Part shown: positions 51,099 to 64,000 of the stretch, one piece after another | Numbering within the stretch: position 1 is the stretch's first letter | Layout of the letters: each line of letters begins with the position of its first letter | NCBI GenBank assembly: GCA_964016885.1 | Contig: OZ024741.1 | Span: 51,956,001-52,020,000 of the forward strand | Source of the DNA: Eledone cirrhosa | Taxonomy: Eukaryota | DNA: 64,000 bases | Direction of reading: 5' to 3' | Position numbers and translations under genes: made by a program | Notes under the pieces: generated by a model | What the model saw: only the letters and a program-made list of their open reading frames with translations | Told to the model about the DNA's origin: nothing | The model's database searches: none

Positions 51099-51313
51099 GT
51101 TGTTTTTTGTTTAAAATGAAATTTTGGGTACAAAACCCCAATAACTGGTTATTTAACCCCGAAGGGCCAAATAACGGACAGAAAGACCCCTCTCACGAGG
51201 AGGAGGGTGTCTTTATCAACAATTTGGTTCAAGTTTTAAACAATTTACAATTGTTTTAACGGTTACAAATTACTATACCTTACAGAGCCGAGCCTCCGTC
51301 AACCATGGCATTC

Positions 51314-51364
<51 letters not shown>

Positions 51365-51366
<2 letters not shown>

Positions 51367-52164
51367 TTTCTTTATTAACCACAAGGGTTTACATAAAGTA
51401 GACATTAAGGACAGTGCAGGACGGTACAAATGGGCTTTTCTGCGTGTAAAAAACAAAAACAGAGGATGTAACAAAAATAACAATGAAAATAACAATGAAA
51501 AATTCCCCAATAGGGGGGAGACTTCGGAGGGACATTTGTGGAGAAAGCCCAGTAAAAAGCCACAATGACCCTGACCACCAAGGCAAGTGCCCTCTCCCAG
51601 TTTTCCACCTTTAGTTTACAGATATATACTCAGAGTCGGCCCATTCACTCGGGCCATTCTTGCTTCTCTCACCCATCTTTCAACAAAATGCTGGGAAGAG
51701 AGCACTTCCCTCTCTACTCTGATTTTCCTTTTCAAATGAAATTTGAAAAAGTCAATCAGAGCATCACTCGTCTTCAGCCCTTTCAAACGTGTCCACCATA
51801 CTATCTCTTTCGCCATGGCCACCAGACAGATAAAAACTGCCTGCCCTTCCCGGCTAAAGGAGGAGGGCGGGGCGATCCTCACGATGGACTCAGATGATAG
51901 CTGGATCCGTCCTAAACGCGACAGCAGGTGTTCGACATAAACCCACAAGTCAGCAATTTTCGGACACTGGACGAGTGCGTGCAGGACGGTTTCGTCGCCC
52001 TGCGCGCATCTCGGACATGCCCGGCTGACGGCACCTCCATGCCTGTAGAGTTTATCCCGAACTGGCAAGGCTCCTCGGTAGCACTGCCAGGCCAGAGATT
52101 TCTGGAAGTTGTCCATAGGCCCTGGCCCGAAAGTTCTTCCGAAGAGATTGGCTAGTTGATTTTC
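51365..52164 (-). mobile_element. Tx1 copy D, 5'-truncated
   Basis: ORF2 C-terminus from ENQLANLF plus 3'UTR; 5' junction directly on (AAT)3 at 52165-52173. Confidence 0.93.
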
Positions 52165-52173
52165 AATAATAAT

Positions 52174-52870
52174 GATTTCTTTATTAACCACAAGGGTTTA
52201 CATAAAGTAGACATTAAGGACAGTGCAGGACAATGCAGGACGGTACAAATGGGCATTTCTGCGTGTAAAAAACAAAAACAGAGGATGTAACAAAAAATAA
52301 CAATGAAAAATTCCCCAATAGGGGGGAGACTTCCGAGGGACGTTTGTGGAGAAAGCCCACTAAAAAGGCCACAGTGACACCAGGGCAAGTGCCCTCTCCC
52401 AGTTTTCCACCTTTAATTTACAGACACATACTCAGAGTAGGCCCATTCACTCGGGCCATACTTGCTTCTCTCACCCATCTTTCAACAAAATGCTGGGAAA
52501 GGGAGCACTTCCCTCTCTACCCTGATTTTCTTTTTCAAATGAAATTTGAAAAAGTTAATCAGGGCATCACCGAAGAGATAAGTGCTCGTCTTCAGCCCTT
52601 TCAAACGTGTCCACCATACTATCTCTTTCGCTATGGCCACCAGACAGATAAAAACTGCTTGCCTTTCCCGGCTAAAGGAAGAGGGTGGGGCAATCCTCAC
52701 GATGGACTCAGCTGATAGCTGGATCCGTCCTACTCGTGACAGCAGGTGTTCAACATAGACCCACAAGTCAACAATACTCGAACACTGGACGAGTGCGTGC
52801 AGGACGGTTTCGTCGCCCTGCGCGCATCTCGGACATGCCCGGCTGACGGCACCTCCATGCCTGTAGAGTT
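52174..52870 (-). mobile_element. Tx1 copy E, 3' fragment ending at a Gypsy LTR
   Basis: Same 3'UTR and ORF2 end; homology stops at CCTGTAGAGTT|TGTGG. Confidence 0.92.
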
Positions 52871-53312
52871 TGTGGTAAAATGTAATGTATCCTAGTTGGA
52901 TAGTTCATTGACATAGACGTGAGGGAAGGTCCCTCGTCTATTTACCATTTTGTGTTTGTGAGAATTATAACAAAGTGAGTGAGTGTGTGCGCAAACAAGA
53001 CAATAACCACAACGCGAGTTAAGTTCAACAATTGTAAATAATGGTGGTTTATTTATACTACAATAGGAACGTACCAAATGTTGACGTGGTCAGTTGTGGT
53101 GAAAGGAACGTATTACCATTACAAAAGTATTGTGGGTTTATTGTTTGCTGCTCCCTTGGCTGCTTTCTGTGGCGTGGTACAGAGGCTGTTTTCTGGCGTG
53201 TGATCAGTCTGCTTTCTAGTGGCTGTCTGTTTACTCCTCGCGTTCTCAACCAGCGGGAGATAACTAGGGTTGTTCTATTATTCCGGCAAGAGGCGTGAGG
53301 CGTCTTACTACA
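52871..53312 (-). mobile_element. Gypsy 3' LTR (~442 bp)
   Basis: TGTAGTAAGA...TTTTACCACA inverted termini (8/10 match), preceded by PPT-like CTGGCAGGAGTTAC; internal TATAAATAAA. Confidence 0.7.
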
Positions 53313-53552
53313 GTAACTCCTGCCAGATTTTCAAATCATCGAAAATCGATGTCATTACTCACATGTGGAGTAAGATGGCGAGCAATGCAACAAGGGGGAG
53401 CTATTCGCTCTACCAAAAATTGAATCCAGAATAAGGATTTGATAAATGTTAAAAAAACAAAAAAAAACAAAACAACAACATGCATGCATAAAAAACAAGG
53501 CAAAGAAAAAGCAGAAAAACAGAGGCAAAAAAAAAGGTGCAGCTAACATAGT

Positions 53553-53986
53553 CTAAATATAGACGGTGCTGCAAAATTTTTTGGGCCAGTGGACCCTACG
53601 ACCTGAACGGGTCGTGGTCTTGTAACGTGGCGATGGTGGTGGTGTAGGGACAGACGATGGTGGTGGTTCAGGAACAGGCGTTCGCTCAACAGGCAAATAC
53701 GAAGGGGTTCGTGGATCAGGAACCACAGCGTCCGTGTCAAGGTGTGCCTGCTTAAGCCTGTCTATTGTAACTGTCTCCCTGGACCCCTTAATATCTAACG
53801 TGAAATGCTTAGCCGAGCGCGCTAAGACACGGTAAGGTCCAGTGTAAGGCTGTGTGAGCGGGGGCTTCACGGAATCTATCCATACAAAGATAGCGTCCAC
53901 GAGGCAATATCCCTCGGGACAGCAGTCTTGACAGTTTGTTTCCTAGTGTCCATTGGCGGCAAATCCTGGAAATAGGAGCGCAAATG
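53553..53986 (-). pseudogene. Gypsy integrase C-terminal remnant (GPY/F module)
   Basis: KPPLTQPYTGPYRVL...VTIDRLK...TTRSGRRV. Confidence 0.88.
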
Positions 53987-53989
53987 GAA

Positions 53990-55463
<1,474 letters not shown>

Positions 55464-56494
55464 CATTTTGAGTATTCATTTGTTATTTGTTTTCTGTTTT
55501 CTTCACTTTATCACCTTATATTTATATTTACGTTGAGATTGGTTATAACACACACATTTTATTTGATCATCCTATTTCGTTTTATTCTTTTACCATCTTG
55601 TTCCTCCTACCACTCTATCCAACATATTTCTGACCTTGAGATTGGTTATAGCACACACACATTTAATCTTATTTTATTTGAATCTTCATTTTTATTTTTC
55701 ATTTTTCATCTTCATTTTTCATTTTCCATATTCATTTTTCATTACTTTTTCATTCATTTTTCATTTATTCTCTATTTATTATTTATTTTCTGTTTTCTTC
55801 ATTTTATTGCCTTCTATTTCTTCATATACATGGCAGAATCCCCCCCCCACCACCACGGGAGATGGTGGCAGGAGGGATGAAGAAACACACACACAGATAC
55901 TTCTAAATTGTCAGCAGCAGCAAGACATAAGCTGACCAAAACACCAACAACACTACCAAAATAAGGGTAGAGGTCAGATGTACTTAACAATAACAAACAC
56001 AAACACTACAGGGAGCCTCATCCCAGAAAGAATTTCTATAGACTTTGGACTGAGGAATGCTCTCAAAACTGACCAATGGGAAGTTTGACCTTATAAATCT
56101 TTATAACATTGAGATGGGTATAACACACACATTTTATTTTATTTTGTTCCTTTACCATCTTATTCCTTCTACCACTTTATCACCTTTTTTTTAGCTGACT
56201 CCAACAACACCACCACTACCAACATAAGAATAGAGGTCAGATGTACCTAACAATAACAAGAACAACAACTACAGATTGGCTTGCCTCAGAACGAATTTAT
56301 AAAGACTTTTGACTGAGGAATGTTCTAACAACTGACCAATGAGAGGAGAAGAGGCCCTTTGACGCTGAAATTCGTTTGTTTAAATTCATATGATTCCAGT
56401 TCCTCAGTGAAATAACAACCCAACCAGGAACTGGGCATATCAGAGTATTGACAAAGTTATACACCTCAACAACGTCTCTACCACACTAATTCGG

Positions 56495-56549
56495 ACTGCC
56501 TGAAGAGGTCACTGCCAAAGATGGCTGTCACCGAAATATATCTAGCAGT
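56495..56549 (+). ncRNA. Type I HHR at the end of a PLE-like 3' region (about 55460-56600)
   Basis: ACTGC-CTGAAGA-GGT...ACC-GAAA-TATATC-TA-GCAGT, then AATAAA. The downstream sequence recurs at about 34213-34256. Confidence 0.7.
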
Positions 56550-56857
56550 AATAAACGAAGCCAAATTTTAAACATTTGACTTATTTATTTTATTTTATTT
56601 TATTTTATATATATATATATATTTGACATTAGAGATAGAACAGATTCTCTATACAATTTCCTGTCAGCATGACTTGGCAAGTTATTTAGAACGCTGATTT
56701 AACCACTTTACTTCCCTCCGAAGAAGAGATATTATCTCGAAAATTATGGATATTTAAATAAATTTAAGGTAAAAGACTAATTGTCAACAATATCTTTTGC
56801 ATTTGCATTTATATTCTATATCCATACCTGCATTGTTTTGGCTTTACAAATACAAAC

Positions 56858-56946
<89 letters not shown>

Positions 56947-57287
56947 GTAAACAGAAATCGGTACAGTATATGGAAGGTATATATTAGCTTAACGCTTGAT
57001 ATAGCAGGAAGAGGGTCTTAATGTTTCAGACGCTAGACCTTCATCAGAAGAAAGAATGAGAAATAAAATAGATTGAGAGGACGGGCGGGTTGGAATTGGA
57101 AAAAATGTCTTTAGATGAAAATAAAAGGTCCATTTATGTTGACATCTCTTACACTCTACACCCACATATATATATACACACATATATATATATACACACA
57201 CACACATATATATATATATACACACACACTCACACCCACACCCACACACACACCCATATATATATATATATATATATAAATATACAT

Positions 57288-57358
<71 letters not shown>

Positions 57359-57360
57359 CA

Positions 57361-58036
<676 letters not shown>

Positions 58037-58043
58037 GTATATA

Positions 58044-58082
<39 letters not shown>

Positions 58083-58115
58083 ACATATATGTATATATAT
58101 ATATATATGTATACA

Positions 58116-58160
<45 letters not shown>

Positions 58161-58271
58161 GTATTTAAGAAAGCCACAACAATGCAAAGGGATTATGGGT
58201 GCAAACAAGTCCTGGCTCAGGTGTAATGATAAGAGGGTGTTAAAGTTTGCTTGAAGCATTGTGAACTGTGT

Positions 58272-58305
<34 letters not shown>

Positions 58306-58374
58306 GTATCTATATACATATATGTATATATATATATGTGTGTATATGTATATGTATATATATATATGTATATA

Positions 58375-58461
<87 letters not shown>

Positions 58462-58818
58462 GTGGGAAAGTAAAAAAATCGGAGAATATACCGTTAAAAC
58501 ATGTTTATTTAAAACAGCACCAACGTACGTTTCGCCCAGTTGGGCTTCTCAGGGGCATAAATAATCACAAGTGTTCCTTATATTGCCCGGAAAGAGTTTT
58601 GGGGGTTAAATCCACATCAAGGTTCATTGCTCGCAAAAATATCTTGTTTTGATTTTGCAGTAGGTCAAGGGAGGTAACTCTGGCCGGTGTTAGGGCAGTC
58701 TTTCCCGGACAATTTTTTTTTTTTTTTTTTTTGCCGCATCCGTTTGTCTGAGGCTGGGTCTGGTATGCACTATATGTATCACCTATCTCCCCTTTTTTTC
58801 TCTTTCTCGATACGTAAA

Positions 58819-58958
<140 letters not shown>

Positions 58959-58976
58959 ATATATATATATATATAA

Positions 58977-59034
<58 letters not shown>

Positions 59035-59217
59035 AAGTGTAATGAAATCTTTTACAATGGAATTAGCTCGAAGGAGGAAACACCCCTGAGCCGTGTATAA
59101 ACTAATATATATGATGAAACACAGATACCAACACATCTGTATTTATATTGCAAAAGAAAATTTAGCCAGAATGAAGTATACTAATTATTATACTACAGTT
59201 TGTCCATATCGATTTAA

Positions 59218-59286
<69 letters not shown>

Positions 59287-59312
59287 GGTATATATACATA
59301 TATATATATATA

Positions 59313-60405
59313 CCTACTATATAAATGGAAATTTCTGTCTGTCTGTGTATCTGTGTATAACCAGTTCGCGCCTACACCAGTGAGCCAATCCTGATGAAAT
59401 TTTACACACATGTTAAGCTAATATTCAGAAATAGGACTGGCTAATTGGATTTCAATAAAAATCAATAATCGAACCCCCGGGGACATATTTACAATGGAGG
59501 AGGAATGAGAAGACGTTTCAGTGAGAGAGAAGGAAGAGGAGATACTACAACTGTATGTTAAACCCTATCTTCCTCCTAAACAAGCAGTCCACAATCTCAT
59601 TTTGGTTGACAACTGAACAGATGTCTTTGTATTTATATATATATATATATATATATATCACCTCCACTGATATGGATTCTGAACACGTGCACACGCTTAG
59701 GTCACATTAAAGTCAACTGCAGGAATCGGTGACAAGTTGCAAAAAAGTGTGATGATCAATGACCTGGAAGTTGGCTTACCACGAGACTAGTCCGAAGAAT
59801 AAAACCCAAATCGTATGTTGACGAATATTCGTACTCCCGACATGTTAATTGTAACATGTCGTCTTTGAGAGTAGAGATTATTTTGTCGATATTTCGAGGT
59901 GTCGAATCGTGGGAAGATTAACACGAATTAAGAAGATATAACTTCTCCCCCATTATTGACACTTTGCAACAGTGAACGTTACAAGGCCCTCTTTAGGGCC
60001 AACACTTCTGATTGTTTATCAGACTTATTATGGTGTGTTTTCTCGGGTTATGTCTTCAATAATTGCGATGACTTCCTCAGTTCTTCTGTGTTTGTTCTTG
60101 AGCGCTAATGCAGTAAGTTTGCTATTCTTATACATAAGTTTGTTATACATAAATTCGATACTCTGCGAGCTCAAACCTCTCCGGCTTATTCACTCCGAAT
60201 GAAGAAAGCTGAATGGAAGACGGACTTATGACTTAAACAGCTATTGATGGTTCCACACAAAAAATTGATCTGCCATAAACACACCTAGTAAAGGTTGCTA
60301 TTGAAAATCTAGTATGGGAACCCAGGGTCGCTAGCATTTTCAGGCGCACTCTGGGCACTGCGAATAACCCCACCTTTCCCGGGTATTACAGGGTACTGCA
60401 GCTAG
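59313..60405 (+). mobile_element. Non-autonomous Helitron-like element
   Basis: 5' (C)CTACTATATAAA + (TCTG)n; 3' CCCGGGTATTACAGGG hairpin-like motif + CTAG|T. Confidence 0.6.
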
Positions 60406-60466
60406 TATATATATATATATATATATAACGTAGGAGGTGTGGCAAGGAACCAGATGGCCGATAGCA

Positions 60467-60800
60467 CACCAGAGTACTCAATACTTAGGGTAGCAGAGTG
60501 GGTAATAGGAAAATGTTTGACCCCCAAGGCAGAAGTCAAGCCGTTTCGACGGCTATTTCTGGAGTCCAGAAATAGCCGTCGAAACGGCTTGAGCTCTGCC
60601 GTCGGGGTCAAACATTTTCCTATATATATATAGGAAAAGAGTCCGGTCCCCGACGTTTGAGCTCCGGCCGTTTCGGCAGCTAGACAGATAGATCCGAACT
60701 GTTCGGATCTATCTGTCGAAACGGCCGGAGTTCAGCCGTCGGGGTCGTGACTCTTTTCCTATTACCCACTCTACTACCTTAAGTATCGAGTACTCTGGTG
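60467..60800. repeat. Double-hairpin (Y-shaped) structure from two foldback PLE termini
   Basis: Outer IR 60467-60510 / 60758-60800; hairpins 60506-60622 (apex 60564) and 60631-60761 (apex 60700). Confidence 0.85.
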
Positions 60801-60942
60801 CATTACACACACACACACACATATGTATATATATGTATATATATATATATATGTGTGCGTTATATATATATACACACACACATATGTATATATATATATG
60901 TTATATATATACACACGTTATATATATACACACACACACATG

Positions 60943-60976
<34 letters not shown>

Positions 60977-60980
<4 letters not shown>

Positions 60981-61624
60981 GAAGAGAGAAGAAACATTTA
61001 GATATAATTAGTAATAAAATGTATCATACCTAAACTGCTTCTAGATTCCTCGACTACGTAGTTTCGTGGCATAAACAAAAACAATATATCATAAAGATAT
61101 AGAGTCCTTGCGAGGTCTGCCGACTTATCAAGAGGATACCTCATTTTACTAGTCTCAAGAACGCGTCTACACGACGTGAGAAAGAATCCCAAAAGGCGGA
61201 GGGGGAGATAGTCACGCGATATAATGGTCGAGAAACAGAGCTAAGCCTCTTATAACCCCGAAGAAAATACCACGGAGGCGGAGGGGGTATTTATATCGAA
61301 GCCGTAGAAGAGGTGGTGAAGGAGGCGAGAAGTATGAGTAATGGAAGCTTTCCAGCTGTCCCCACACTTCAGAGATTGCTCGACCAGAGGGAGTTATTAA
61401 CAATATATTTAGAAACACACAGATACATGCGGACACACACATTGAGACTAGTAAAATGAGGTATCCTCTTGATAAGTCGGCAGACCTCGCAAGGACTCTA
61501 TATCTTTATGATATATTGTTTTTGTTTATGCCACGAAACTACGTAGTCGAGGAATCTAGAAGCAGTTTAGGTATGATACATTTTATTACTAATTATATCT
61601 AAATGTTTCTTCTCTCTTCATAAT
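60977..61624. repeat. Inverted pLTR pair (~182-bp arms, 60977-61158 and 61442-61624)
   Basis: Arms appear to be exact reverse complements. A second IR pairs 61402-61442 with 61751-61790. Confidence 0.9.
61464..61553 (+). ncRNA. Type I HHR, U3-A8 core variant
   Basis: TCCTC-TTGATAA-GTCGGCA...TGCCAC-GAAAC-TACGTA-GTC-GAGGA; mirror copy at 61047-61136 (-). Confidence 0.75.
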
Positions 61625-61781
61625 GTATTTTTAACTCTGATACTGGTTCAGTCTAGTTCAACTGGATTGGTCTGTCCCAGTCATTCATTGAGCAACATCG
61701 GTGAAGTTGGCACCCTTAACTCACAGCTGGGTGCGGATGCATTCATGTATATGTGTGTGTCCGCATGTATCTGTGTGTTTC

Positions 61782-61822
<41 letters not shown>

Positions 61823-62700
61823 TTTTATTCATTTATTTATGTTTTACAGAGGCAACAAATATAAACGAACTCCAACCAAAATTAAACAGAAAACACGAGT
61901 GGATAGCAACATCACAACTGGTAATTAAGAACAAAATGAAGACATACAGACACACACAAAAAACAAACTAACAAAACAAATCAGACAAAGATAGAACCAA
62001 CAGCCAACTAGTGACAAGTAAAGAAACACATAAATAAATAAATAAAAAAACACACACACGGATGTAACGCATGCGCAAAATAAGCACACAACACACAGCA
62101 CACAAAAACAAGATGGTGTAGGGTAGAACAAAGGAGAGATATACAAAATAAAAACCTAGTCACTGAGGAAGTCACAGAATGTGTGACAAATGAGCTTTGA
62201 CAATATATAACAACCTTCCGGTTATCGAACCAACCAGCCAACCGGAAATTTATAGTAAATTGAAATGAGAATCAACAGGTGCGTGTGTTTTTATTGTCAA
62301 CATGACCCTCCCAAAGTTTAACAATATCTGTTTCAACACACGTTTTCAGATAAGAAATCTCGGAAAACAAATTCAAAAACAAATTTGATATATACATACA
62401 TATATATACAAATATACAATATATTAATAAATGGAAACTATATTTATAAAAACATAATTATTTTATTATATATATTTCAAGGGCAACAAAGCAAATCTTG
62501 GTGCGCTTTCATCAGATAAAATACAAAATTTGTTTTATAAATAGTGACATAACCATGGAAAACAACCTTGACGGTTGAAAATTCGTTCCATTTATTAATA
62601 TATTGAATATTTACTCCAGTAATTTGTTGAGTACTCTATATCAGTTATAAACTTTTAAGTTTGTTGGAATCCCAACAAATTAAATATAACTTCTACATAT

Positions 62701-62743
<43 letters not shown>

Positions 62744-62786
62744 GGAAAACGAAAAATCAGTGATGCATCGGATCTCAGTTTATTGT

Positions 62787-62874
62787 GTGTTACGATTGTT
62801 TCCCCGGCGAACAGCTCGAAGTGCGATCTGTGTGTGGATTGACCTGACTCTGGATTCACAGGTTCCTCGGACAC
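62787..62874 (-). ncRNA. Type I HHR-like motif (U4C), preceded by a foldback palindrome at 62874-62936
   Basis: GTGT-CCGAGGA-ACC...GGG-GAAAC-AATC-GTA-ACAC then AATAAA. Confidence 0.5.
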
Positions 62875-62989
62875 GTCTATTGATTTCGGAGCATATCCTT
62901 TTTCAGAAAGAGGATATGCTCCGAAATCAATAGACGGCATTACACACACAGACACACACACACACACAGACACACACATATATGTATAG

Positions 62990-63926
62990 CCTCTTCTGCT
63001 CGGATGGTGGTTTTGACCATTTCCATCGTCCTAGAAGGAAGCAACAGCTTCTTGGAGGTGAAAAGAACCATACGAGAAAACTGGTCTGTGATCAGTGTAG
63101 GGGTAATGCTGCACACCAAACCAGATGACATCCAGACATCCACAAGATCCTAGACTTCATTCACCTTCCAGGAGCGGTGGACTTGCAAGTTATGGTTGAT
63201 GGCATATGACCTCGATGCCATCTGTATGGGCAAACTGGTTTCTTGAGAGCTTTCTGCTCTCAACAGAAGACAGGGAACCACAATGCCCTTTTGCTGCCAA
63301 CACCACAAATGCTACCTCTACAACAAGAACACCAACAGCAAACAACAATAACAGTAACACCAACCTCGGTAGCAGCAGCAAAATCAACAGGCACAACCAA
63401 CAACCGCAGCAGCAGCAGCACTAGAAATAACAACAACGCCAACAATACTACCAATATTAGCACGAGAAGCACCATCAAAAACACCAACAACAGACATCGT
63501 GTAAAACACCCAGGGAGTCTGCCAACGAATCTTTCCCTACCGTCTCTTCTAAACATAAAAGCACACATAGACACTTACACAAACACAAACCACTTTTACC
63601 CCTATCAAAGAAAGAATCCGCAGCCACCGATATCTTTTCATTTTGAAGTGAAGGTGAGGGGAACTCACCCCAAAAATAACCCAAACAAAAAAGAAAACAC
63701 AAAACAAATCATCTTGCATCACACCAACACACATACACCAAAACACACACACAGAAAACACATCCACAACAAATACAAACATATCTACAACATGAAACCC
63801 ACCAACACCACAACCACCAATACAACCTCCACTACCAGCACCAGCACCAACTACACTATCACCCCCACCCCCAAAACCCCCCACAACCATACAGTCACCG
63901 AACTTCAGGCTAGTGAGAAGGGTTAA
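62990..63926 (+). pseudogene. Decayed Tx1-like ORF1 of a third lineage
   Basis: IHKILDFIHLPGAVDLQVMVDGI*PRCHLYGQTGFLRAFC aligns by eye with IEEIPEVIDLTDGSHLTVIVEGRRPRCVVCGEGTHLRAFC; followed by a Thr/Asn-rich tail. Confidence 0.65.
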
Positions 63927-64000
63927 CGAAGAATTGATAATATATTGAGAGAGACGGGGAGATTTTTGGACCAGCACTTTTAAAGTGTCACAAAATCTAA

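Larger units (their letters stand above)
45297..51313 (-). mobile_element. Full-length Tx1 copy C with both ORFs intact
   Basis: Distinct 5'UTR (GAATGCCATGGTTGACGG...), 698-aa ORF1, 1139-aa ORF2, 3'UTR. (AAT)n at 45240-45296 and 51314-51364. Confidence 0.96.

Noticed and set aside
60467-60800. Parvovirus/AAV-type terminal hairpin
   Set aside because: No Rep or capsid ORF nearby; arms match PLE HHR termini elsewhere in the window (32021, 38325).

Overview
AT-rich animal DNA made almost entirely of transposable elements and microsatellites; the repeat mix suggests a coleoid cephalopod such as octopus (inference). I found no host protein-coding gene. (AAT/ATT)n tracts at 1-24 kb and 45-53 kb hold six copies of one Tx1/L1-clade LINE family, including one with both ORFs intact (45297-51313), plus three R4/Dong copies, an RTE LINE with three C-terminal C2H2 fingers, and SINEs. 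(TA)n tracts at 27-45 kb and 54-63 kb hold Penelope-like element (PLE) fragments with many type I hammerhead ribozyme (HHR) motifs and inverted or foldback duplications, plus two non-autonomous Helitrons. A Gypsy remnant lies at 52.9-54 kb. Main observations: (1) a conserved 52/53-nt GT-AG intron candidate spans the Tx1 ORF1 stop and ORF2 ATG and would fuse the ORFs in frame in all three full-length copies; (2) the Tx1 family sits strand-specifically in (ATT)n, builds head-to-tail arrays, and pairs different 5'UTR/ORF1 modules with a near-identical ORF2; (3) two HHR families carry a compensatory U3-A8 core, and several palindromes have their apex inside HHR stem II. All alignments and folds were done by eye.
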